Source of the DNA: a virus
Virus record (IMG/VR): IMGVR_UViG_3300005805_000044
Reading direction: 5' to 3' (one strand)
DNA: 64,000 nucleotides
Part shown: one piece after another, positions 50,034 through 59,031 of the stretch
Layout: the number at the start of each line of letters is the position of its first letter
Numbering within the stretch: the stretch's first letter is position 1
Made by a program: the position numbers and the translations under genes
Notes under the pieces: generated by a model
What the model was told of the DNA's origin: nothing
Seen by the model: only the letters and a program-made list of their open reading frames with translations
Database searches by the model: none

Positions 50034-50573
50034 TTATACCAAATTATTACCTTCAAACTTTCGTGGACCACTCAAATCCACAATTTTATACTTAATTGGC
50101 ATATCTTTTATAGTAGCATAAACAGCCTTTATGTTCTTGGGACTATCATCAATAAAGAAGATGTCATTATAACCTTCATTATTAATTTTATCTTTAATCC
50201 AATTAGCTTTAGCCATAGGATCACTGGTTCCAACCGTAACAATGGGTATATTTACCTTAAAATACCTCTGTAAGACGTTTTGTATGTGAGGTTGACTCTC
50301 TGGACCCCTCGCAGTCAAAACGACGGCAAGACGACCGTCTGCCCCCGCATTGACTATTTTATAAAATCTCTTAGCTACGTTGCGAATAACCACCGGATCT
50401 ATGACAGAACTGAACTCAGAGAAATCAAACTTGTCACCCGGCTGTTGTGTATAAACCGCATACTGAGCAGGCGTTAATTTAACCACAGACCCATCTGATT
50501 TGGTCAATATTACTTTGCCACCCGTTTCAAAAAGTGTGTCGTCAAAATCAAATACTCTTAGTTTCTTGGTCAT
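50034..50573 (-). CDS. HAD-superfamily phosphatase (PNKP/RNA-repair-like)
   Basis: VFDFDDTL, LTAR, K, FIDDS.KN. Confidence 0.8.
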   Translation of the reverse strand: MTKKLRVFDFDDTLFETGGKVILTKSDGSVVKLTPAQYAVYTQQPGDKFDFSEFSSVIDPVVIRNVAKRFYKIVNAGADGRLAVVLTARGPESQPHIQNVLQRYFKVNIPIVTVGTSDPMAKANWIKDKINNEGYNDIFFIDDSPKNIKAVYATIKDMPIKYKIVDLSGPRKFEGNNLV

Positions 50574-50701
50574 AGGAATGATTGCGCAATCAACTTATAG
50601 TCAGAAACATATGGTTTTGGTTGTGACTTTTTAACAGCATCCTCCTTCAGTTTTTTTGCCTTGAGAACCTTCTGAAGAGTGTTTTTTACTTTCTCATTCA
50701 T
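50570..50701 (-). CDS. 43-aa basic peptide (not in ORF track)
   Basis: MNEKVKNTLQKVLKAKKLKEDAVKKSQPKPYVSDYKLIAQSFL; overlaps both neighbours and fills the gap exactly. Confidence 0.6.
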   Translation of the reverse strand: MNEKVKNTLQKVLKAKKLKEDAVKKSQPKPYVSDYKLIAQSFL

Positions 50702-50963
50702 ACATTTTTGTAATTTTGACCACAAGTTTTCCAGAGCCTTTTATGACTCTGTGATACGTTTCTTTAGGTATAAATATTGAACCCTCCATCAAACACGGAA
50801 GATTATTATCCAATTGAACCTCCCAACCACCGTTATTCTCCACAACCTCAACCAAACGATTTTCTTTGTCCAAATGCCACTCTAATTCATGACTATCTAT
50901 ATCGGAATTAAATTCACGAATATACTGATTATTCCCCAAACTTGTCTCTGTATATGGTCTCAT
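50694..50963 (-). CDS. small cupin-fold protein
   Basis: WHLDKE.R...W..QLD...IFIPKETYHRVIKG. Confidence 0.7.
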   Translation of the reverse strand: MRPYTETSLGNNQYIREFNSDIDSHELEWHLDKENRLVEVVENNGGWEVQLDNNLPCLMEGSIFIPKETYHRVIKGSGKLVVKITKMYE

Positions 50964-51961
50964 ACTCTAAACGAATTTATATAAGTATCAGTATCACGTT
51001 TTAATTCGTCTTCTGGAACATTATCTAAATTATCACCATACTTCTGTAACCAATATTGTTTGATCTTACCCAACATTGGTCCTGGCTTTATATTAAAGTT
51101 TTGCATAATCCAGTCACCACCATATTTAGATTTCACCGGAGTAAATGATTCAATTTCTTTTTGTTTATCCAACAACATCTGATACTTGTCTGGAAATAAC
51201 CGTTTCAAGAAATAGTCTGGGTCACTAATCTGTTTATGTTTATTCAAACCAATCAATGACTTTCTAATATAATCAGCACTAGGTCTACCAGATCTTACAC
51301 GTTTTCTGTCACTATGATTCATAGTCTGACCCTTATAATCATCGCTATCAAACATAGGACTCCTACTGATGAACTTAATTACATCATCATTGTTCTGTAT
51401 ACGGTCATAATCATCCAATACATCACCATAACCAAGTATCTTCAAACCATCTTTTAGATTCTTACTAATTAGTATATCGTGATGTCTACCACTCTTATCT
51501 ACATAAATCTTTTGAAAGCCTGTGGTAGCATACTTGTATCCATTTTGTCTAGCCATTACCCCAAGTATTCCACTCAAATCTCCAAGTGCTAGATACATTC
51601 TTTGTGCTTCAAAGTCTTCGTCATTATCTGAATGTATAAAATCTATATGAACATTCTTGCCTGTATTACTTTTATACAATACACTATAGATATTACCGTT
51701 ACGACTATAATCTATTACTTTATCCCCCAATTGTGATTTTAGAGTATTGGCTACATCACCATTACCAGATACAACCACATCAATATCGCCGTGGTCTGCT
51801 TTAGATGGTAATGCTTTACTCAATTCAAACTTATTGAATTTGTTATTTAACAAACTTTTAAGCTCGTCAAAGATACTATTCATTTCAGCAGTAGACACTC
51901 TACTGGCTCTAGTGCCAAAGAGTTTACCACCTTCAACTAATAGATCCATCAACTTTATCAT
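50960..51961 (-). CDS. Pol-beta-type nucleotidyltransferase with CCA-enzyme-like C-terminal tail
   Basis: KADHGDIDVVV, VHIDFI, C-terminal YGGDWIM..NIKPGPMLGKIK; N-terminal MIKLMDLLVE leader. Confidence 0.7.
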   Translation of the reverse strand: MIKLMDLLVEGGKLFGTRASRVSTAEMNSIFDELKSLLNNKFNKFELSKALPSKADHGDIDVVVSGNGDVANTLKSQLGDKVIDYSRNGNIYSVLYKSNTGKNVHIDFIHSDNDEDFEAQRMYLALGDLSGILGVMARQNGYKYATTGFQKIYVDKSGRHHDILISKNLKDGLKILGYGDVLDDYDRIQNNDDVIKFISRSPMFDSDDYKGQTMNHSDRKRVRSGRPSADYIRKSLIGLNKHKQISDPDYFLKRLFPDKYQMLLDKQKEIESFTPVKSKYGGDWIMQNFNIKPGPMLGKIKQYWLQKYGDNLDNVPEDELKRDTDTYINSFRV

Positions 51962-52491
51962 AGGTTTATAAAGTATTTGCCGTTGGGGCCACTATATTTG
52001 AATCGCGTAATTGGTAAAGATATATTTAGATTATCTTTGATATGTGGAAAGCTACCCTTCTTCACATAAGCTAACGTCATATGAGGATTGTAGCTTGGAT
52101 AACTATCAGTATTTGGATAAACGTCACATCTACGTCTCAATTCGGTCAATATAGGACTCTTTTCAACTTCAAACTTGACCACATCAAATTTATCATTCTC
52201 AAACAAATTGAGTGCTTTTAATACAACATTAAATGGCTTTACACCTTGAAGGATTCTAGCAACATCGGGTCTACCAATATCTGGTTCAAATCCATACTTG
52301 AGAGTCACATGAGGTTCTTCATCATAACCATATGTAGGATCATTAGGATCAGTATATAGTATTTGCGGTGGTATTGCGGTTCTACCAAGTCTAATTACAT
52401 GTGGACCATAAGTAGGACTTACATGTGCCATTAAACAACCTTTTTCAACGTGTCTATTTTCTACGAGTAACATATTTTCTAATAATTTCAC
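51958..52491 (-). CDS. 2H phosphoesterase (T4 57B/Acb1-like)
   Basis: two HxT motifs: EPHVTLKYG and YNPHMTLAY. Confidence 0.8.
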   Translation of the reverse strand: MKLLENMLLVENRHVEKGCLMAHVSPTYGPHVIRLGRTAIPPQILYTDPNDPTYGYDEEPHVTLKYGFEPDIGRPDVARILQGVKPFNVVLKALNLFENDKFDVVKFEVEKSPILTELRRRCDVYPNTDSYPSYNPHMTLAYVKKGSFPHIKDNLNISLPITRFKYSGPNGKYFINL

Positions 52492-53725
52492 GAATCAAAT
52501 GTTCTTTCTTTACCAATTGGTCCAAAGGCACACCTCTATACTTTTGTCTTAGTTGCGCAATTGGCATACCATATTGTTTTTCAGCTTGAGCAATCAGATT
52601 GTATCTATCTTGTTTCTCTTTTTCTAAAGATGCCAATTTACGAGCAACTACAGTAGCAACAGTATTCTTAATGTTATCATTATAATACTTCTCACCCGAT
52701 ACCAAAAGATCATTCAATATTTTAATTTCTACTTCTAACCCATTTACTTCTTTTTCTAGATTATCTTTTTCAGCAGGCGTAAGTTTCGCTCCTGTTGTAT
52801 GAAGTTTTCCTCTCTTTTCAATAAACTCTTGAGTCTTATCATCAATTACTTTTTCCAAACTAGGTTGTTGTTGTATTTTCTCAACTCCCCAAGCAGGATA
52901 ATCAAATTCACTACCAATCGGTGTAGTGGACAAATTACTATAAGTTACCTTTATTGATACATTATTACCTTTAACAGCTGTAACATCCGCTTTTATACCC
53001 AGGCCTGGCATTTCTACTTTGTCACCCACTTTGAATTCAACATCTGCTTTATCTGCAACAGAAGGTTTAGGTGGAGGAGTTTCTTTCTTAGGTTCTTCTT
53101 TGTCATACAGTTCATTGTATGACCTTATTTTGCTACCAATTTCATACAAACACTCAGTTGGATTATATCCATTAAACTCTATGACTTTTTCATATTGATC
53201 TTTGTATGGAATTACCTTGTCTTTATTATAATCCCAGAATGTTACAATGATAGCTTTACCACTTGGTATTGTGCTTTCAATTTGTAAATCCAAATTTTCA
53301 GGTGGTTTACCATCTGTATTGTCCACCTCAAAGATTCTACCTTTCATGATAGGATCCGAATATTGACCCATTCTACCCAACCCCTTTAGAATATTTTCCA
53401 AATCCAAATGACCACCACCATTACTACTAGCCTTTAATCGTTTGATACCTTTTTGAGCCCAATAATCCAATTCTTGTTCTCTCTTATTAGAATCATACTT
53501 TATTTCTGGAGCGTCCTCCAATTCTTTGATTTCTTTTAATACATCACTATCATCTGAGTAAAATTCTTTCTTGTTGTCACTATATCCAAATATTGACTTT
53601 TTACCACTATCGTCTTTATAAACAAAAAAAGCACATCTGTTAGCTGGAGAAGTGTAGCTATACAACTTTCTCTTGTAACTAACAGTGTCGGGATTTTCCA
53701 CCAAAATATCAATTAGTTTAACCAT
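52454..53725 (-). CDS. hypothetical late protein with KOW/SH3-like segment
   Basis: MVKLIDILVE leader; FKVGDKVE...V; C-terminal LIREIIRKY. Confidence 0.6.
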   Translation of the reverse strand: MVKLIDILVENPDTVSYKRKLYSYTSPANRCAFFVYKDDSGKKSIFGYSDNKKEFYSDDSDVLKEIKELEDAPEIKYDSNKREQELDYWAQKGIKRLKASSNGGGHLDLENILKGLGRMGQYSDPIMKGRIFEVDNTDGKPPENLDLQIESTIPSGKAIIVTFWDYNKDKVIPYKDQYEKVIEFNGYNPTECLYEIGSKIRSYNELYDKEEPKKETPPPKPSVADKADVEFKVGDKVEMPGLGIKADVTAVKGNNVSIKVTYSNLSTTPIGSEFDYPAWGVEKIQQQPSLEKVIDDKTQEFIEKRGKLHTTGAKLTPAEKDNLEKEVNGLEVEIKILNDLLVSGEKYYNDNIKNTVATVVARKLASLEKEKQDRYNLIAQAEKQYGMPIAQLRQKYRGVPLDQLVKKEHLIREIIRKYVTRRK

Positions 53726-53730
53726 AAATT

Positions 53731-54333
53731 TTACCAGTATTTTCCTTTACCCTTGTTTCCTAAACTACGAATACGATGACTACGACAACTCCAATAACCA
53801 GCTGTAGTTCTATCTTTCTTTTGACTACATCTGTGACGTGCAGCAAAACTCTTACGACGAGCCTTGTTACCAGCTCTACTTCTCATATTAGGATCACCAA
53901 AAGTTACCTTCTTTACATTGCCGTTTTTTGATTTGACATACACAGCATACTTCTTTGGACCGCCTGGAGTTCTGAATGGTCTATTGAGATGAACAGTGCG
54001 ACCTCTATGTTTCAACTCCATGATCAAATCCTCAACAACCTCAATAGGCGCATCAAGATACACTTCACGACCTTCAAACATCTCTTTTTTACCCAAATCA
54101 CTCTCGACTAATTCGGCATCTGAATCACACAGTTCGATCTTGTTTTCAAAATATAATTTACGAACTTCTTCCAATAATTCAAAATATGATTCACTGTAGG
54201 TTCTGAAGATGGTCTCTGATAAAGGTAATTGTTTAGTTAAATGATACTTAAGATTGTCACTGACAGACACATCTTCAGTCAATGACATCCCACACAATTC
54301 ATCACTTTCAATAAGATCGTTTAATTTAATCAT
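53731..54333 (-). CDS. hypothetical protein: acidic N-half, very basic C-domain (DUF6321/DUF5754-like)
   Basis: MIKLNDLIE leader; KKYAVYV...VTFGD...RRKSFAARHRC...AGYWSC. Confidence 0.65.
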   Translation of the reverse strand: MIKLNDLIESDELCGMSLTEDVSVSDNLKYHLTKQLPLSETIFRTYSESYFELLEEVRKLYFENKIELCDSDAELVESDLGKKEMFEGREVYLDAPIEVVEDLIMELKHRGRTVHLNRPFRTPGGPKKYAVYVKSKNGNVKKVTFGDPNMRSRAGNKARRKSFAARHRCSQKKDRTTAGYWSCRSHRIRSLGNKGKGKYW

Positions 54334-54344
54334 AGATATAAATA

Positions 54345-55274
54345 TTATTTACCATACTTGTTCGTAGCCTTTAATTCACTAATTAGAATTTTTTCTGGGT
54401 CATTCAAATTCTTCTCCAATTCAATAAATAATTCATCTAAAGTATACTTTTTATCGGTTCTTTGTTGAATCTGTCGTAAACGGTCAATTGTATCAACAAC
54501 ACTATCCAATGTATCTTTGTATCGGTTGAATACAGGCAGTTCAATGTGTTTACTGAATTCCATCGACTTTGGAGCAATACCTTTAAGTATATTAATAAAG
54601 AATGCGATTACATGTTCTACTAACGAGAATATCGCACCAGCAATTGGGTTTGTAGCAGCTAAGAATCGTAACACCATGAAACATATCAAGAATATCAATA
54701 TGCCAGTCACACCTATAGTCACGAATCTTTTTAGTCCATACATTACACCACCAAGACCCATCCAACTATTCACTTCATCAACAGTAACTTGCAATCTATC
54801 AGCCTTTTTCGCCACTTGAGAAGCCTGTTCTTCCAAACCTTTAATCTGAGACTCATATACATCTTCTATTTCTTTTTGTCGAGTTTGAAGATCCAATATT
54901 TCAGTATCTTTTTCTTTTAACAGTTTTACACCTTTATCTTTTTCTTTATCAATTTCACTGTTTAAAAGATCAGTTATTTGTTTTATTTTGTTCAATTCGT
55001 CAATATTTGGATTACCAGCAATACTCAATATTCTAGAATTATAATCCAAAGCAGTCTTGACTTGAACTGGAGGATTGGTCACAGACTTCAATGAATACTC
55101 TGTGCCAGCAGCCAAAGTAGAAACCTCTTGTAACTTTTCTTCATCGTTTTTTGCCTTTTCTACGCGGGTTACTGCAAGTGCATCTTTGGTCTTTTGAACC
55201 TTATCTGCATTTGGTGTTTTGCAACCGCCGAACAACAACAAAGAAGCCAAAAATAGCATTAATGTTTTTTGCAT
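54345..55274 (-). CDS. lipoprotein with coiled coil and downstream TM segment (spanin-like)
   Basis: lipobox LFGG-C18, about 150-aa helical region, TM FVTIGVTGILIFLICFMVL. Confidence 0.6.
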   Translation of the reverse strand: MQKTLMLFLASLLLFGGCKTPNADKVQKTKDALAVTRVEKAKNDEEKLQEVSTLAAGTEYSLKSVTNPPVQVKTALDYNSRILSIAGNPNIDELNKIKQITDLLNSEIDKEKDKGVKLLKEKDTEILDLQTRQKEIEDVYESQIKGLEEQASQVAKKADRLQVTVDEVNSWMGLGGVMYGLKRFVTIGVTGILIFLICFMVLRFLAATNPIAGAIFSLVEHVIAFFINILKGIAPKSMEFSKHIELPVFNRYKDTLDSVVDTIDRLRQIQQRTDKKYTLDELFIELEKNLNDPEKILISELKATNKYGK

Positions 55275-55306
55275 ATACCTATAAATATCTATCTTAGTAT
55301 AAAAAC

Positions 55307-55335
55307 TTGTTTATTTATCTGGGTTGGTATATACT
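55307..55335 (+). promoter_or_regulatory. mom promoter region (sigma70-like plus embedded TATTTAT)
   Basis: TTGTTT-17 nt-TATACT, ATG 6 nt later; TATTTAT at 55312-55318. Confidence 0.5.
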
Positions 55336-55341
55336 GATAAT

Positions 55342-56115
55342 ATGTCTAATTATTGTGATACTTCATTAGTTTATCTGCAGCCGATCAACAAGTCGGTAGC
55401 ACGTAATCTTATTGAAAAAAATCACTATACACACAAGTGGACCAGTTGTTCAGTGGCATATGGTGTTTATTATAAAGACTATATAGAAAGTAGTTTTTTT
55501 GGTGGATTTGACAGTAAATTGATAGGAGTATTGGTCTATGGTAATGCTGTAGGACGTAATTCAAGCACCAGTATTAGTCCACTATTAACCAATGATAATG
55601 TATTTGAATTGACACGTTTATGGATACAAGATGGTTTTGGCAAGAACATAGAGAGTTTTTGTATAGCTGAAAGTTTTAGGTATTTAAACCGAGATTATCC
55701 AAAAATTAAGTGTATTTTGAGTTATGCTGACAGCGAAGTTGGTCATGCTGGAACCATCTATCAAGCCACTGGATTTTTATATCAGGGTGACAATTATGTT
55801 GATATTGCATTGATGCCCAACTACAGTGTTAGTTTGGTTGGGCCACCCAACTATGATTGGATACACAGTAGAAACGTCTATGGTAGATGGAAAACACACA
55901 ATGTAGACAAGTTAAAAGAACGTATTGGTAAAACCTTCTGGCGTAAACGTGAAAGTGGCAAACATCGTTATATCAAGTTCATTAGTAACAAGATTGACAA
56001 CAAAAAGTTGACCAAATCATTAATACATAAATTACTTCCATATCCAAAAACTACATCATTTACAGAAGAAATAATGGAAGTTACCGTCAAAAATACCAAT
56101 CAATTTTTCCAATAA
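55342..56115 (+). CDS. mom: Mom-family adenine-modification enzyme (GNAT-like)
   Basis: HY, ELTRLW, ES, ILSYAD..GH.GTIYQATGF.Y.G, KHRY. Confidence 0.85.
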   Translation: MSNYCDTSLVYLQPINKSVARNLIEKNHYTHKWTSCSVAYGVYYKDYIESSFFGGFDSKLIGVLVYGNAVGRNSSTSISPLLTNDNVFELTRLWIQDGFGKNIESFCIAESFRYLNRDYPKIKCILSYADSEVGHAGTIYQATGFLYQGDNYVDIALMPNYSVSLVGPPNYDWIHSRNVYGRWKTHNVDKLKERIGKTFWRKRESGKHRYIKFISNKIDNKKLTKSLIHKLLPYPKTTSFTEEIMEVTVKNTNQFFQ

Positions 56116-56150
56116 AAAACCCACCAGCCTTTCGACTGATGGGTTTATTG
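56112..56150. terminator. probable bidirectional terminator between mom and the major capsid gene
   Basis: AAACCCA(C)CAG/CTG(A)TGGGTTT stem flanked by A- and T-rich tracts between convergent genes. Confidence 0.75.
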
Positions 56151-56172
56151 TTTTAATTTAGACTAATCCAAA

Positions 56173-57903
56173 TTATACGGTGTCTAGATCAGCGATCAAG
56201 ACCTTACCATAGAACTCAGGACGCACTACCTTCTTAGCGTAGCGAGTCATCACACCACGGCGTGGAGTGAAGTTCACTGGATCATAGACCAATGGAGTTT
56301 GGATGAGTGGGATGTATGGAGCATACACAGCACCAGTCTCCAAGAAGTTGCTACCACGGAAACCAACGAGGATAGCATTATCGGTCATGTATGGGTTCTT
56401 GTAAACTTGGAAGCGACTTGCGAAGCTACCAACGCGGCTTACACCCATTGCGAACTTAGCTTGGTCACCGTCAGTGTTCACAACATATCCTGGGATTGAT
56501 TCCAAGATGGTTGCTACGTCTGGGGAACATACCAAGAAGTTAGCACCACCACGTAGAGTCAATTGGTGAATCTTGTTAGAGACCTTTTGGATCTTGTTAC
56601 CAAGAGTTTGGAACCAAGTGCTCTTTACGTAAGCAGTTCTGTTTGGAGAAGCATTTACGTTACGAGTGAATGATGCAACATCAGTAGTGTTGTTGATGGT
56701 CTTAGTGAATTCAGTTCCGATTTGGGCGGACCAAGCTTCAGTGGTTTGACCAGTTACAGACTCGTTCAACATGTCTAGGATTTCGAGATCGATTTCCATA
56801 GAAACATATTCACTCAATAGAGCAGTAAGTTCTGCTTCTGCGTCAATAGAATGATATGCGTTCAAGTCTTGAGCCAATTCTGGAGTCCAGACAGCCTTCA
56901 ACTTACGGGTCTTAGCAACGATTGGTTCGCTCTTAAGTTCCAAGTTGACTTCTGGGATCTTGATGTCAGTGCCGATAGATTGGGTATATACGTTGTTAGC
57001 AACACCTGAACCTTCACCGGCGGTCTTACCATCTTCGAAGTCACCACGTAGGTTGTCCGAAGGTTGAACAGTGTAGTTCAAACGAGCAGTGGTCGATGGA
57101 GCAGCTGCGGCAGAAGATTGACTTACAAACAAGTTAATTTGATAGTATGGGTTTGCCAAGCTACCAGTGTTAACTGCGGTTGCGTAAGTGTTCAATACTG
57201 TGTAAGCTACACCAGAACTGTTTTGAACTTGGAATGAACGAACAGCGTTCAAATCAGCGTTCCAGATGTTACCAGAACCAGGATTTGCTTCGGTGTTGTC
57301 GTCAAGGTTGAATGTCACCTTGTAAACGCCTGGAACGTTACCAGAACCGTTTACAGAAGCACTGAATGTTGAATCGAATTGAAGATCGTTCCAACTTGCA
57401 GTAGCAACCAATACAGTAGCATTAGAGCTAGAAACGGTGCGCTCAGAATAAGCGTAACGTCCTTGGCCATAAAGACCATTTACTGGTGCATCAGTTGATC
57501 CAAGCTTCTTTTGGTTACCACCGAACAAGCTTTCGCCAGCAGTATGACCCAATTGAGTGCCAGAACCATACTTGAAGTCTAAGTAGAAGATAAGACCGCT
57601 TGGGAGATTCATTGGTTGAACCGATACGAATTCCTTAGCAGCGATCTCAGCAAATACACGACGAACCAATGGTAGAGCAACGCCTGCCCATTGTTCACTG
57701 TTTGCGCTGGTTCCAGTTGTTGAAGCTTCGTCCAACAATTGTTTTGCTTGATTTTCCAAGAGGATTGACATGTGTGCCTTTTCAACACCGGTGGTGTTTT
57801 CTAGAAGACCTGTCTTTTCCCACTTGTTTTGAAGACCACGGGTTTCAGCCATTAGCTTTGCCTGTGGGTTCATATTATTTGTTAGTAGACTCTTTACGTC
57901 CAT
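56173..57903 (-). CDS. gp23: major capsid protein (T4 gp23-like)
   Basis: LLENQ, PLVRR, VQPM..PSGLIF, KTRKLKA.WTPELAQDL.AYH.IDAEAEL, YAPYIPL, FTPRRG.MTRYA. Confidence 0.97.
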   Translation of the reverse strand: MDVKSLLTNNMNPQAKLMAETRGLQNKWEKTGLLENTTGVEKAHMSILLENQAKQLLDEASTTGTSANSEQWAGVALPLVRRVFAEIAAKEFVSVQPMNLPSGLIFYLDFKYGSGTQLGHTAGESLFGGNQKKLGSTDAPVNGLYGQGRYAYSERTVSSSNATVLVATASWNDLQFDSTFSASVNGSGNVPGVYKVTFNLDDNTEANPGSGNIWNADLNAVRSFQVQNSSGVAYTVLNTYATAVNTGSLANPYYQINLFVSQSSAAAAPSTTARLNYTVQPSDNLRGDFEDGKTAGEGSGVANNVYTQSIGTDIKIPEVNLELKSEPIVAKTRKLKAVWTPELAQDLNAYHSIDAEAELTALLSEYVSMEIDLEILDMLNESVTGQTTEAWSAQIGTEFTKTINNTTDVASFTRNVNASPNRTAYVKSTWFQTLGNKIQKVSNKIHQLTLRGGANFLVCSPDVATILESIPGYVVNTDGDQAKFAMGVSRVGSFASRFQVYKNPYMTDNAILVGFRGSNFLETGAVYAPYIPLIQTPLVYDPVNFTPRRGVMTRYAKKVVRPEFYGKVLIADLDTV

Positions 57904-57948
57904 AATATTATTTCCTATCTTTTGGTTTGTTAATTACTCGCAAACAAA

Positions 57949-59031
57949 TTACTTCTTGATTCCTGCGAGTTTTTGGAATCTTGAAGCCATTACATCAGCT
58001 TGAGGTTCTACAATCGTAGACTCAGGCTTTGTGCTGGATACTGGTTTGCTTGCCAAACCTTCGGTGATAGTTGTGACAGTCGCATTTGACTTTTTCTTGG
58101 CGACTGATCCACCGGCATTAAATGATTCGGCCAAAACGGTGTATGCCAATTTGATTTCACGCAATGTCTTGGTGAGATCAAATGTGTTGATGACCTTCAA
58201 CTTTTGGTCTTCGGTCAAATTCTTACCCTTGAATAGCTTATTGGTATAAAGCAATTTAGCATTCAAAAGATTGGTTTCTTCAAGAACACCCTTTAAATAC
58301 TTAACGGTGTTTTGATGTTCCTTCAATTGATTCTTCAATGCTTCATTTTCTTCATTAATAGCTACCAAAGCTTCTGCCATTTCTTCAGCAGTTACTTCTT
58401 CCTCTTCCATTGGAGAAGGAACTTGTCCAGCAACTGGTGCTACTGGAGCTGGTGCTGCTGCGGGTGCTGCAGCTGGAGCAGCTGCGGCTGGTGCTGGTGC
58501 TGCTGCTGTTGGATCAACAGCAGCTGGAGCTGGAGCCGGAACTTGTCCTTCTTCTTCCAATTCAGCAAGAAGTTCATCAAGATCAACAGTTTCTGCTGAA
58601 TCGTCGTCTGCAACTTCTTCTTCTTCAGCAACAACTTCTTTTTGTTCTTCTTTGTCGCCTTCATGTTCCAACTCAGCAAGAATTTCATCCAACTCTTCGC
58701 TGGTCAACTCTTCACCCTCTTCAAGTTTTGCATCGAATTCTTGAGATCCAGGTGGAACAGTGTTTTTCTTGGCTGCGGTTGATGGTTGAACAACGTGTTG
58801 ACTGCTTACAGTGTTACCGTCGTCTTTACCAATACCTGAAGAAGAAAGTTTTTCTTCAATCTTACCTTCTTCAGTTTTTTCTGTGTCTGCTGCTTCTTCC
58901 TTGAGTTTTTCTGCGAACATTTCTTTCATGCTCTTTGCGAAGTTTTCCTCAAGAAAAGTTTTTGCATTAGCAATTGCAGTTTCACGAACTGCTTTTGCGT
59001 CTGCGATGCTTTCTTTTAATAGATCGCTCAT
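57949..59031 (-). CDS. gp22: prohead core scaffolding protein (gp22-like)
   Basis: directly upstream of the capsid gene; acidic Glu-rich coiled coil, PA-rich linker, C-terminal RFQKLAGI; AGGAAAGG SD. Confidence 0.8.
   Translation of the reverse strand: MSDLLKESIADAKAVRETAIANAKTFLEENFAKSMKEMFAEKLKEEAADTEKTEEGKIEEKLSSSGIGKDDGNTVSSQHVVQPSTAAKKNTVPPGSQEFDAKLEEGEELTSEELDEILAELEHEGDKEEQKEVVAEEEEVADDDSAETVDLDELLAELEEEGQVPAPAPAAVDPTAAAPAPAAAAPAAAPAAAPAPVAPVAGQVPSPMEEEEVTAEEMAEALVAINEENEALKNQLKEHQNTVKYLKGVLEETNLLNAKLLYTNKLFKGKNLTEDQKLKVINTFDLTKTLREIKLAYTVLAESFNAGGSVAKKKSNATVTTITEGLASKPVSSTKPESTIVEPQADVMASRFQKLAGIKK

Noticed and set aside
29907-55287. Canonical T4 late promoters (TATAAATA) firing on the + strand
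   Set aside because: They would point away from the adjacent - strand starts into antisense. The motif flips for + strand genes, so the functional orientation is TATTTAT.
58440-58545. GCT/GGT-rich repeat as a non-coding element
   Set aside because: Explained by the Pro/Ala linker of the scaffold protein.
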